DNA of 64,000 bases from assembly GCA_963796275.1 (NCBI GenBank), contig CAWCKY010000006.1, positions 2,208,001 to 2,272,000 of the forward strand. The letters run 5' to 3'. Position 1 is the stretch's first letter, and the number at the start of each line of letters is the position of its first letter. Positions 18,860 to 28,261 of this stretch are shown piece after piece. This stretch comes from an uncultured Acidobacteriota bacterium (GTDB lineage Bacteria > Acidobacteriota > Blastocatellia > RBC074). The notes below the pieces were generated by a model, which did no database searches, was not told the origin of the DNA, and saw only the letters and a list, made by a program, of their open reading frames with translations. The position numbers and the translations under genes were made by a program.

Positions 18860-21268
18860 TTATTCAAATCGTCCGGCAAGACTGGCCACAACGGCGATCA
18901 ACTCATCTGGTTCTACGGGCTTCGGTAGGTGCGATTGAAAGCCTGCTGCAATCGCTTTCAGACAATCTTCTTTCCTGGTATACCCCGAAAGTGCGATAGC
19001 TGGTACGTTACCGCCTTGTTCGGGAGGCAGAGCTCTCACCTTGCGGATAAAGGAGTAACCATCTTCTTTCGGCATACCGATGTCGGAGATGAGGACATCT
19101 GGACTCCATTCGGCCAGGCCTATAAGCGCTTCATTTACGGATGCTACGCCTTTAACCTGAGCTCCATTTTTCTCAAGCATTATTGTGACCAAATTTAGGC
19201 CATCTTCTTCATCATCAACTATTAGCACTCGCAGATCTGCCAGGTTAGAGGCAACCCCTGGTATATCACTCTCGTTCCAGGCTTGAGCGAAATTTGGAGC
19301 AGTTTGATGACCTACCGGCTTTTCCCTCTGATCTTTGGCGGTTGAGAGTGGAAGCCGAACCGTAAAGATTGCTCCCTGTTCATCAGCGCGGGGGCTAGCT
19401 GTAACTGTCCCACCGTGCAGTTCGACGAGATGGCGAACGATTGACAGTCCCAAACCTAATCCACCATGAATGCGGGTGGTGGAGGAATCTTCCTGGCGAA
19501 AGCGGTCGAAGACATAAGGTAAAAACTCCGGCTTTATCCCCGGACCAGTATCAATTACTTTGATTTCTACGTGTGAATCATTATGTCCTGAAAGTATCTG
19601 TACAGAACCTCCTTGCGGGGTAAATTTGATAGCATTGGAGATGAGATTCCAGACAACTTGTTGCAGACGGTTGGCATCTCCAAGGGCGAGATTGACCTCG
19701 TGATCGAGCGATATCTGCAGTCTCACACCTTTGGCTTCCGCCGCCAGACGCATGGAATCAACCGCCGCTTCGATTACCGAAGGGATATACACTTGAGCCA
19801 TTTGGATGCTGAGCTTCCCGGTTATGATGCGAGATACATCAAGGATATCTTCGATAATCCGCTGCTGCGCCTGGGCATTGCTCTCGATGATCTCGGCTGC
19901 CCGCAGAGCGCTCTCCGCATCCAGCATTCCGAGTCGCAGAAGACGCGCCCATCCGAGCATGGCGTGCAACGGAGCGCGCAGTTCATGGGAAACGGTTGCG
20001 AGAAACTCGTCTTTCAGACGATTGGCCGTCTCGGCCTCGGCACGCGCCTTCCGCTCGACCGTATACAAGCGGGCATTGTCGATGGCGACGGCAGCCTGAG
20101 CGGCTAATCCTGCGGCAATCTGCTCCGAACTGTCGGAAAAGATCCCGGGCTCAGAATGGGCGAGGAAGAGCCCACCTAGCACTTTGCCCGAACGGGAAAT
20201 GACAGGTATAGCCAGGTAACTAGTTACCGGCAAATGTTTAGACGGAATCCCGTAAAATGGTGAGTTTTTACCATAACGTGAATCTTTCTTCACGTCATCA
20301 ACGCGCACAATACCTTCGCCGCAAAACGTCGGGTCAAAAATCTCCGTGACTCGCGACAAGGTGAAATGGGCCAGGCGCTCGCGTGGGGCCCCGGAGAACG
20401 TGTGGAGCATTGATGAATCGCCCATTTCGTTCAGAACATTATAGAAGAAGGCGCCGATTTGGGCCCCTGCCAATTCAGTCGCAGCATCAGTGATAGATTG
20501 CACCAACTTTTCCAGGTTGAGCTCGGCTGAGAGCATCCGCCCGGTCTTGTTAACCGTCTCGATGATCTCTCGCTCTTCTTCCAGCTGTCCCTGGATTCTC
20601 GTACGCTCGACGATCTCAGCTTGCAGCTCTGCGTTCGCTCTTGCCAAATCCGAGGTTCGTTGCTGGACTCTTACTTCCAACTCGTCGTGCGCTCTTCTCA
20701 GCGCCTCCTCCGACTCCTTGAGCTGACTGATATCGAACGCTACTCCGTGAACGAACCATGGTCGCCCATCGTCGTGCCGTACCATCTTGGCTTCACAACG
20801 AAACCAAACCACATGTCCATCGCGCGCCAATATTCGATAGACGGATTGCAGCGGCTCGCCTGAAAGGAGCAGACGTGCGGCTTCTTTATTCCAACGTGCT
20901 TTATCCTCGGGATGTATCTGACGATACCAGCGCACCGGATCGTTGAGCCATTCCTGCTGCGTGAAGCCAAGCATCGGCTCGATTTGTGGGTTGATGTAAG
21001 CCTCGCTGATTCCTTTATCGAGGAAAGCCATGAAAACGATGGCGGGAATTTGCTCCAGGAGGGTCCGGTATTTAGCCTCGATGTCTGTCGATGGGGCTGC
21101 TACGACAGTCGCCCTCATTAGCTGCCTGATCGTCTCGCTGTCCGGTTCTAGGATGCTGAAATCAGATGAAGAAAACACTCGCGCAAGCCCGTCAAGAATG
21201 GCGACAGCTTCTGAAGGGCTGACAGGATTGTTATCTTCAAAAGAATTATTCGGCTGTCCGTTTCGCAT
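18860..21268 (-). CDS. Cytoplasmic hybrid histidine kinase (PAS - coiled coil - GAF - HisKA - HATPase - REC)
   Basis: IHPED PAS, SYLAIPV..GGLFL.H GAF, SHELRAPL H-box, NAIKFT, SDIGMP receiver. No TM segments. Confidence 0.92.
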   Translation of the reverse strand: MRNGQPNNSFEDNNPVSPSEAVAILDGLARVFSSSDFSILEPDSETIRQLMRATVVAAPSTDIEAKYRTLLEQIPAIVFMAFLDKGISEAYINPQIEPMLGFTQQEWLNDPVRWYRQIHPEDKARWNKEAARLLLSGEPLQSVYRILARDGHVVWFRCEAKMVRHDDGRPWFVHGVAFDISQLKESEEALRRAHDELEVRVQQRTSDLARANAELQAEIVERTRIQGQLEEEREIIETVNKTGRMLSAELNLEKLVQSITDAATELAGAQIGAFFYNVLNEMGDSSMLHTFSGAPRERLAHFTLSRVTEIFDPTFCGEGIVRVDDVKKDSRYGKNSPFYGIPSKHLPVTSYLAIPVISRSGKVLGGLFLAHSEPGIFSDSSEQIAAGLAAQAAVAIDNARLYTVERKARAEAETANRLKDEFLATVSHELRAPLHAMLGWARLLRLGMLDAESALRAAEIIESNAQAQQRIIEDILDVSRIITGKLSIQMAQVYIPSVIEAAVDSMRLAAEAKGVRLQISLDHEVNLALGDANRLQQVVWNLISNAIKFTPQGGSVQILSGHNDSHVEIKVIDTGPGIKPEFLPYVFDRFRQEDSSTTRIHGGLGLGLSIVRHLVELHGGTVTASPRADEQGAIFTVRLPLSTAKDQREKPVGHQTAPNFAQAWNESDIPGVASNLADLRVLIVDDEEDGLNLVTIMLEKNGAQVKGVASVNEALIGLAEWSPDVLISDIGMPKEDGYSFIRKVRALPPEQGGNVPAIALSGYTRKEDCLKAIAAGFQSHLPKPVEPDELIAVVASLAGRFE

Positions 21269-21307
21269 AATGTCTGTATCGACGCGTGACTTTTATTTAC
21301 TCGACTA

Positions 21308-22341
21308 TTACTCTACATCCTTACGCCGCCATTCGGGTTCCTTATTCAGTGAATCTGCGTAAATCTGCGCAGAGCATGAATTGCCTTACCATAAGTCATG
21401 ACCGCGTGTGATGATAAGAGCGAGCCTGGTGGCTGGTCCATAAACGGCATGAACTTGTCCGGAAATCCGGGCATCGTACAGCCGATGCAGACCCCACCAA
21501 CGTTCGGGCAACCGCCGAGCCCGGACATCCAACCACGTTTCCCCACATTGCATTGGACCACAGGCCCCCAGCATCCCAATTTCACGATGCAGCTGGATGC
21601 CCCATACTCGTCTGCGAAATCCGCCTGCTCGTAGTATCCCCCGCGGTCGCACCCTTCATGGACCGTTTGGCCGAAAAGCCATGTCGGCCGCAGGGCTTCA
21701 TCGAGCGGTATCATCGGAGCACGCCCCGAAAACTGATAGAGCAGATAAAGCAGGGTCTCCGTGAAGTTATCAGGAAGAATCGGGCATCCCGGCACGCATA
21801 CAATCGGAATATCCGCTTTGGATTTCCAACTCCAACCCAGATAGTCCGCCAGCCCCATGCACCCGGTAGGGTTTCCTTCCATCGCGTGGATTCCCCCATA
21901 AGTCGCACACGTTCCAGCCGCCATCACTGCCCAGGCTTTGGACGCCAATCTATCGATCCATTCACAGGTGGTGATGGGTTGACCTGTTTCTTTATCTGCG
22001 CCGAAGCCAGCCCAGTAACCTTCGCTTTTGATCTTTTCGTTGGGGATTGAGCCCTCGATTACCAGGATGAATGGTTCGAGCTTACCCTCATCAGCCAGAT
22101 AAAAGTATTTCATGAAGTCGTTGCCGACTTCATAAGCTAGAACGGGGTTACGGAAATTCACTTTGGGGATTCCCGGTATGGCGCCGAGTACAAAATCTTC
22201 GATACTCGGTTGCGTGGCTGCTGTTAACGCAATCGTATCACCATCGCAGCCGAGACCTGCTGTTATCCAAAGAACATCGATCTCCTCGATCGGTTTGGGG
22301 ACCTGTATCTCTTTGTCCGGGATAACGGTCGTATCCGGCAT
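21308..22341 (-). CDS. hhyS: Group 1h-like [NiFe]-hydrogenase small subunit
   Basis: WITAGLGCDGD, GTCATYGG, PGCP, HEGCDR, LGCWGP..CN, GGCPNVGG.CIGC. No Tat signal. The ORF stops at 21346, but adding one base near 21355 restores ...TQDSLNKEPEWRRKDVE* ending at 21308. Confidence 0.88.
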
Positions 22342-22362
22342 TTTGATTCCTCCTCATACTTA

Positions 22363-22435
22363 CGTTTGGAGTTCCGCGTTTACGCGGTCTTCTGCCTCAC
22401 ATGGTTTCAAACCGCCTGAAGGCGGAACTCCAAAC
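22363..22435. repeat. REP-like hairpin between the hydrogenase large and small subunit genes
   Basis: GTTTGGAGTTCCGC...GCGGAACTCCAAAC terminal arms with two internal palindromes. Confidence 0.85.
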
Positions 22436-22454
22436 TTAGTTTCAAGCGTAACGT

Positions 22455-24258
22455 TCACCATTTTCCACCAAGACCGAACATCGTTGAATGGCGGGTCTCC
22501 AATACCTTGCCATTGCCCAGATACATATGGACGCCGCAAGGCATGCAAGGATCAAAGCTGCGTACCACGCGCATGATGTCGATGCCCTTGAATTTTGCGG
22601 GCTCATTCTCCTCGAAGATCGGCGTACCCTGTACTGCATCCTCATAAGGACCGGGCGTGCCGTGGATATCGCGCGGGCTGGCATTCCACGGCGTCGGAGG
22701 GTACGGATGATAGTTGGCGATCTTACCATCGCGGATAACCATATGGTGCGAAAGCATACCTCGCACCGCTTCGTGGAAACCGCATCCGATCGCCTCCTCC
22801 GGCACGGAAAAATGCGACCAGGTTTTTGTCCTACCGGCATGCACCTCCGCCAGAGCCCGCTCAACAAAGTAGAGAGCTGCCGCCGCTGCATACGCCTGGA
22901 AATAGGTACGAGCGCGGTTGCGCTCAAGCGCATTGCTCCACTTGGGGATCCTCCACTCGAATTCAGCCTCCGGCAACATGGCCGTTTTCGGCAGATTGAT
23001 CTTCACGCTATTACCGGTGGCCTTGATGTATCCGATATCGACCAACCCATTGAGTGCAGTCGCCCAGAGACGGGCTAGCGGTCCGCCGCCGCTGTCCAGC
23101 GCTAGATATTTGCCGGTCACGGTGTCATACCAGCGGGGAGACGTAACCCAGGTATACTTTCCCGCGAAATCGCGCTTCTGAGGTTTCGGAATGGTGACCT
23201 GATTCCATGGATGTAATTGATCAACCTCATTGCCGAGCGGGTCTCTCTCGACAAATTTCTCCGCATTACTCCAATCTTCATAGTAAGAACTTCCGAGCAA
23301 AATGCGAATGCCCAGATTGATCTTGATCAGATCATTGGTGACGATCTTGCCGTCCACTATCACGCTCGGCGTGACATACATAGCTCGCCCCCAATCGGGC
23401 ATATTCTTATATGTGTAATCGCAGACTTCAGGATTATTCCCATGACCCCCAACAACCAAGCAGAATCCGCCGCTCACCGACCCTTTCATATCCTGGCAGA
23501 GCCTCGTAGAAAAAGTTGAAAAGATCGTCATGCAAAGGTACAACTTTCTTGATGAATTCGGTGTACTTCATCAGACGAACCAGGTAGTCGGTGAAAACCT
23601 GGAGGCTGGGTACTGTGCCAACACCCCCCGGATAAAGGGTTGAAGGATGCACGTGACGGCCTTCCATCAGACAGAACATCTCGCGGGCCAAACGGCTCAT
23701 TTGCAGAGCCTCCCGATAAAATTCTCCGCTGAAGGGATTGAGCGCGCGCATAATATCGGCGATGGTTCGATAGCCATCGACCATGGCTCCCGGAGCGCTC
23801 GTTTTCTCGGCCTTCTCCAGTACACCGGGGTTGGTCTCCTTTACCATCTGCTCGCAATAGTCCACACCAGCCAGGTTATCCTGATAGATGTTATGATCGA
23901 ACATGTACTCGGCTGCTTCGCCGAGATTTATTATCCACTCGGCCAACTCGGGAGGCCTCACGCCGAAGGCCATGTTCTGCGCATAAACAGCGCAGGTTGC
24001 GTGATTGTCCCCGCAGATGCCGCAGATGCGGCTGGTGATGAAATGAGCGTCGCGTGGATCTTTGTTCTTCATAAAAACGCTGTACCCACGGAAGATTGAA
24101 GATGTGCTATGACACTCGGCTACCACATTGTTCTTAAAGTCGATCTTGGTATAAATGCCGAGGCTCCCGATGATGCGGGTAATCGGGTCCCAGCTCATCT
24201 CAACTAATCGCTCTCCCTCAGGCATTCCCACTTTTTCCGGTTGTTCTAAGCTGGCCAA
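22455..24258 (-). CDS. hhyL: Group 1h-like [NiFe]-hydrogenase large subunit (one extra base near 23440)
   Basis: WDPITRI, L1 TSRICGICGDNH, HPYPPTPWN, L2 SFDPCMPCGVH. The two ORFs join as LGCWGSW-NNPEVCD if one G is removed from a GGG run. TTG start with GGGGGTGA RBS. Confidence 0.92.
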
Positions 24259-24453
24259 TTGCTCACCCCCATATGTGGTATCTCTCAGTCACGGGTGATA
24301 ACTTAGAAGGAGAGTCGAGGTAAGGTGCGCGTAGGGCCGGGCTTACACGTATCTTCGAGTTCCCACTCCCTTCCTACTATACAAATCGAGATTGAAATGT
24401 ATAGCTCCCGCACTGTCTCCTTTGGGTTCACTCGTGTTTAGTCAATAAATAGT

Positions 24454-24469
24454 TGCAATTGCTATGCCG
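24454..24469 (-). promoter_or_regulatory. Sigma54 (-24/-12) promoter facing hhyL
   Basis: Minus strand CGGCATAGCAATTGCA = GG-N10-GC with TTGCA, about 195 bp upstream of the start. Confidence 0.7.
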
Positions 24470-24858
24470 TTTTTTGCATATTTCGAGCGTATTTAGGTAC
24501 AACTAGCGTAACAAATTAAGCTGCGAGTACATTTCAACGTGCCAGTTCTGATTACAGCTATATTTATTTTCGTTATTGGCGTGATTTGGCTGCGAAGATC
24601 TGAAGTGTTAATGACAGTCTGGCAAATGGCAAATTATTTCAATACAGAGGTGTTCTTATTTCATACTCTTGCAAAATTTGCTAGCGAGTAAAAAACATAG
24701 CGGAGTTAACACATCATACTTTATCGAAAAATTTTTGATCTTAGCATCGGATTTGGGTAATTAGGCGCGCGGTGGAACTGTCTCCGCAGCATGCAAATTA
24801 TGTAAATAGTGCAGACGCCTGTATTTGGAGATATGTGCGGATTTTAAAGCCAGTTCTT

Positions 24859-24874
24859 CGGCATGACAATTGCA
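24859..24874 (+). promoter_or_regulatory. Sigma54 (-24/-12) promoter facing the kinase at 25111
   Basis: CGGCATGACAATTGCA = GG-N10-GC, 14/16 identical to the divergent site. Confidence 0.7.
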
Positions 24875-25110
24875 TCTTTCTCATCATGCAAGGAATCCGT
24901 AACTAAAAATCGCTTCCCCCAATTAAGCGCGCATCGCATTTGCGGCGAGCTCCCACCACCCGATCCATAGTTGGACCCGTTTGATAGGAGAATATGGAAT
25001 AGGCACATGCGAGAAGCCTATTTTTCATTCACAGCATTTTTGAAGGTGAAGCAGACGGACTAACCTAACGTTGTTTCACGCGAATCGCATCCTATCGAAA
25101 ACTATTTGAT

Positions 25111-27183
25111 GTGGAGGACATCATATTTATGCTAGAGGAATTCATTGAATGGAAACGGCCCGAAGACGTACTGGCTAACCTTGCAGCTATCTTGGAATCA
25201 TCGGACGATGCGATTATTGGCAGAACACTGCAAGGGTTCATTATGAGTTGGAATAAGAGCGCCGAGAAGCTCTTCGGCTACGAGGCATCAGAGATCATAG
25301 GGCAACCGGTGAACACATTGGTTCCACCCGACCGGCGCGTTGAAGCGATTGAGATTCTGGAGAGGCTGTATCGAGGCGAGCGAATCGAGCAATTTAAGAC
25401 GGTGCGGTTAAAGAAGGACGGAACTCGGTTTGCTGTCTCCTTAACTCTCTCTCCGATGAAGGATATAGATGGGCGAATGATCGGAGCTTATAAAATCGTG
25501 CGTGATATCAGTGAGCGAAAGAGGTATGACGAAATTCCGGACAGAAGCGACGCGATGTTTGGCAGCCTGCTCGAGAATTTGCCCGCGGCGGTATACACAT
25601 GCGATTCCGATGGATTGATCACTTATTTCAATATACGTGCAGCGCAACTCTGGAGGCGGGCGCCGAAGCTGAACGACCCGGAGGAGCGATTCTGCGGCTC
25701 ATGCCAGCTCTTCTCCGCCGAAGGAGAACCCCTATCGCATGATCGGAGCCTGATGGCGCAGGCGCTCAAAGAAGATAAGGAATTCAATGGATGCGAGATG
25801 ATGATGGGGCGGCCTGATGGATCGCGTCTATCTGCACTCGCTCATATCGTCCCGATCCATGATGATTTCGGCAAAATTCTAGGTGCCGTGAATCTCCTGA
25901 TAGATATTAATGATCGAAAACGCACTGAAATGAAATTGTTGGGGGTGGAGAGGGCAGCCCGCGCCGAAGCAGAAACCGCAAACCGCTCCAAAACAGAATT
26001 CCTCTCGCTCGTATCCTATGAATTACGGTCACGTCTCAACTCAATAATCGGATATAACCGCATACTACGTTCGAACCAGAATGACGATATGGAGACTAGA
26101 CGGGCGTGCGACATCATCGAGCGGAACGCGCGGGCACAGTTGCGTCATGTGGAGGATATCCTCGACACGACTCAAATCGCCAACGGCCAGTTGCGGCTCG
26201 ACAAGCGCCCGACAGACATAGTTTCAATACTCGCAGACACTCTCGACGTGATACGTATGGAGGCCAAGGAAAAAGGCATCGAATTGTTCACGTACTACAG
26301 CCCAAAAAAGGAGGCGGTCATTGGCGATGCCGTCCGGCTGCAGCAGCTGTTCTGGAATCTTCTCTCGAACGCGGTAAAACATACGCCCAGAGGCGGCCGC
26401 ATAGAATTATGGCTGGATCGTAAAGCTGATTTAGTCAACATTATAGTTAAAGATTCAGGCATAGGCATCAAACCGGAAATTTTGCCCCATATCTTCGAAC
26501 GTTCCGGGCGCACCGATCCATCGAATACGAACGAGCGCGGCGGTCTCGGTATCGGACTGGCGCTCGTGAAAACCCTGGTCGAGATGCACGGTGGGTCAAT
26601 CAAGGCTGCGAGCGGAGGCCCGGGGCGTGGATCTACCTTCACCGTTACGCTTCCATTGGCAGATGAGAAAGGATTCTATTCACCTAATCTGCCAGCCATC
26701 AAGACTGAAGAAGCGATCCAGCCCGAGTCAGTGTTACAGCTGTACGACCGTGCGATGATTGAAGGTGCGCGCGTATTGGTAGTAGACGATCAGGAAGAGG
26801 CACGCGTAACCGTTGCCGATTTTCTGAGAAAATCCGGCGCAATCGTAACTGCTGTCTCCTCAGGCAACGACGCTTTATCGATTCTGGACGACCCACCGGG
26901 CGGCGAGCGACCGGAAGTGCTCATATGCGATATTGCCATGCCGGATATAGATGGTTACACGGTTCTAAAGCGTGTGCGTGAACTCGAAGCAAAGCGCGGC
27001 CTCAGTGCGTCGCAGGAGATTCCGGCGGTTGCTCTCACAGGGATGGCTCAGATTGAAGATCGTATGCGCGCTCTCAGTGCGGGTTTCCGGATGCACCTGA
27101 CCAAGCCGGTTGAGCCAACCGAGCTGATGGTCGTGATCGCTAACCTGATGGGTGCTCATATCGAGGGCACGCTCTGCAATTAA
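25111..27183 (+). CDS. Hybrid histidine-kinase-like protein (PAS-PAS-HisKA*-HATPase-REC) lacking the phospho-acceptor His
   Basis: H-box reads VSYELRSRL. N, G1 and G2 boxes and the receiver CDIAMP are intact. Paralogous to 16769-18772. Confidence 0.88.
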   Translation: MEDIIFMLEEFIEWKRPEDVLANLAAILESSDDAIIGRTLQGFIMSWNKSAEKLFGYEASEIIGQPVNTLVPPDRRVEAIEILERLYRGERIEQFKTVRLKKDGTRFAVSLTLSPMKDIDGRMIGAYKIVRDISERKRYDEIPDRSDAMFGSLLENLPAAVYTCDSDGLITYFNIRAAQLWRRAPKLNDPEERFCGSCQLFSAEGEPLSHDRSLMAQALKEDKEFNGCEMMMGRPDGSRLSALAHIVPIHDDFGKILGAVNLLIDINDRKRTEMKLLGVERAARAEAETANRSKTEFLSLVSYELRSRLNSIIGYNRILRSNQNDDMETRRACDIIERNARAQLRHVEDILDTTQIANGQLRLDKRPTDIVSILADTLDVIRMEAKEKGIELFTYYSPKKEAVIGDAVRLQQLFWNLLSNAVKHTPRGGRIELWLDRKADLVNIIVKDSGIGIKPEILPHIFERSGRTDPSNTNERGGLGIGLALVKTLVEMHGGSIKAASGGPGRGSTFTVTLPLADEKGFYSPNLPAIKTEEAIQPESVLQLYDRAMIEGARVLVVDDQEEARVTVADFLRKSGAIVTAVSSGNDALSILDDPPGGERPEVLICDIAMPDIDGYTVLKRVRELEAKRGLSASQEIPAVALTGMAQIEDRMRALSAGFRMHLTKPVEPTELMVVIANLMGAHIEGTLCN

Positions 27184-27448
27184 ACGGTTGTCCCGGTTTT
27201 ATCGAATGCCCCCGCTGCACGGGGCCGGGGCAACGGGGCATGTGGGGCACGGGGCGTTCACAAAAATTTGAGCCAAATCAAGCGACACCTTATCAAGAGA
27301 CACCTTATTTTGTTTGCGAGATGCGGCCGAAACTGAAATCCTGCCGCCGTTTTGTATATGACAAACCTGGAAATTGTCTGAAGTGTGTGCAAATAAAAGA
27401 TCAATGGATCAATGTTATCGTCCTTGAGCGCCAGAGGCGCGGAATATT

Positions 27449-27558
27449 TATAGCACTCGTTCATCCAAACATCGCAAGCTCCGGAGGAGGAGCGGCATAT
27501 AGGCGTTCAAATGTCGCTCCTCCCGGAGCTTGCGATGTTTGGATGAACGAGTGCTATA
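27449..27558. repeat. REP/MITE-like long hairpin with 36-bp perfect arms
   Basis: 27449-27484 is the exact reverse complement of 27523-27558. Confidence 0.9.
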
Positions 27559-27619
27559 TAGATCAGGCTCCTCCGGAGCCAATCAGAAACTAATAACCCA
27601 ACTTTAATTGGCAAACTCA

Positions 27620-27754
27620 TCAATTATCTAACCTACCTCTCAACTCGATTAGCCAGTCTTTTCCAGAAGCTACCGCAAAATCCCAATCCACCGGCCTCCG
27701 GTTTATATCCAGCTCCATCTTGCGAGTAAACATTTCAGGCACACTATTACGCAT
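27620..27754 (-). CDS. 44-aa hypothetical small protein
   Basis: AGGAG RBS just upstream, TATAAT at 27841-27846 on the minus strand. MRNSVPEMFTRKMELDINRRPVDWDFAVASGKDWLIELRGRLDN. Confidence 0.45.
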   Translation of the reverse strand: MRNSVPEMFTRKMELDINRRPVDWDFAVASGKDWLIELRGRLDN

Positions 27755-27926
27755 GGTTTTTCTCCTGAAAACTATATACTTAGCACTCCTCAAAGTTTGA
27801 ACGTGAGTCTTTTCATTCTTGCATTGGCTCTCGGATGATGATTATAGGGAGTACGATATTAATGCCGGCAATACGCTGTGTTGGTATTAACGTGTTTATG
27901 CCGGACGAGGTAAAGCATATCCGGAC

Positions 27927-27979
27927 TTATTGAGCTTCAGGCAATCGGCTTTACAAAGATTGCCCGCTTCGCTTCCGCC
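27927..27979. repeat. 53-bp dispersed direct repeat, copy 2
   Basis: 49/53 identical to 8126-8178, same orientation. Confidence 0.9.
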
Positions 27980-28009
27980 GCGTAACAGCGCTAAAAATGT
28001 AGCCCTATG

Positions 28010-28156
28010 TTGATGGTCTTTGAAAATAGATGCATCCACGTCATTAGGGTAGGGTCAGACCAGTGTGTCTGCCCCTGTTCCACGGTAGCGTCGATCCGGG
28101 GCAGACATATAGGTCTGCCCCTACGTGGTTGCTTTATTTTTTCAGAAGAACATCAA
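28010..28156. mobile_element. MITE-like element carrying a GTAGGG-CAGAC REP doublet
   Basis: Imperfect TIRs TTGATGGTCTTTGAAAATA / TATTTTTTCAGAAGAACATCAA enclose GTAGGGTCAGAC..GTCTGCCCC..GGGGCAGAC..GTCTGCCCCTAC. Confidence 0.65.
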
Positions 28157-28261
28157 GGCCGGGTAGGTATTAGCAAGTAGGCGTTAAGCGTTTAACCTGA
28201 ATGTCAATAGGTGAGTTCTACTTCGCCTCACTGGAAGCGGTGGAGGCTTCGAGGAGAAACG

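Noticed and set aside
21346-24258. Hydrogenase as a pseudogene or naturally split large subunit
   Set aside because: One-base corrections at G runs restore both subunits with all metal ligands intact, so assembly error is more likely. Reads are needed to confirm.
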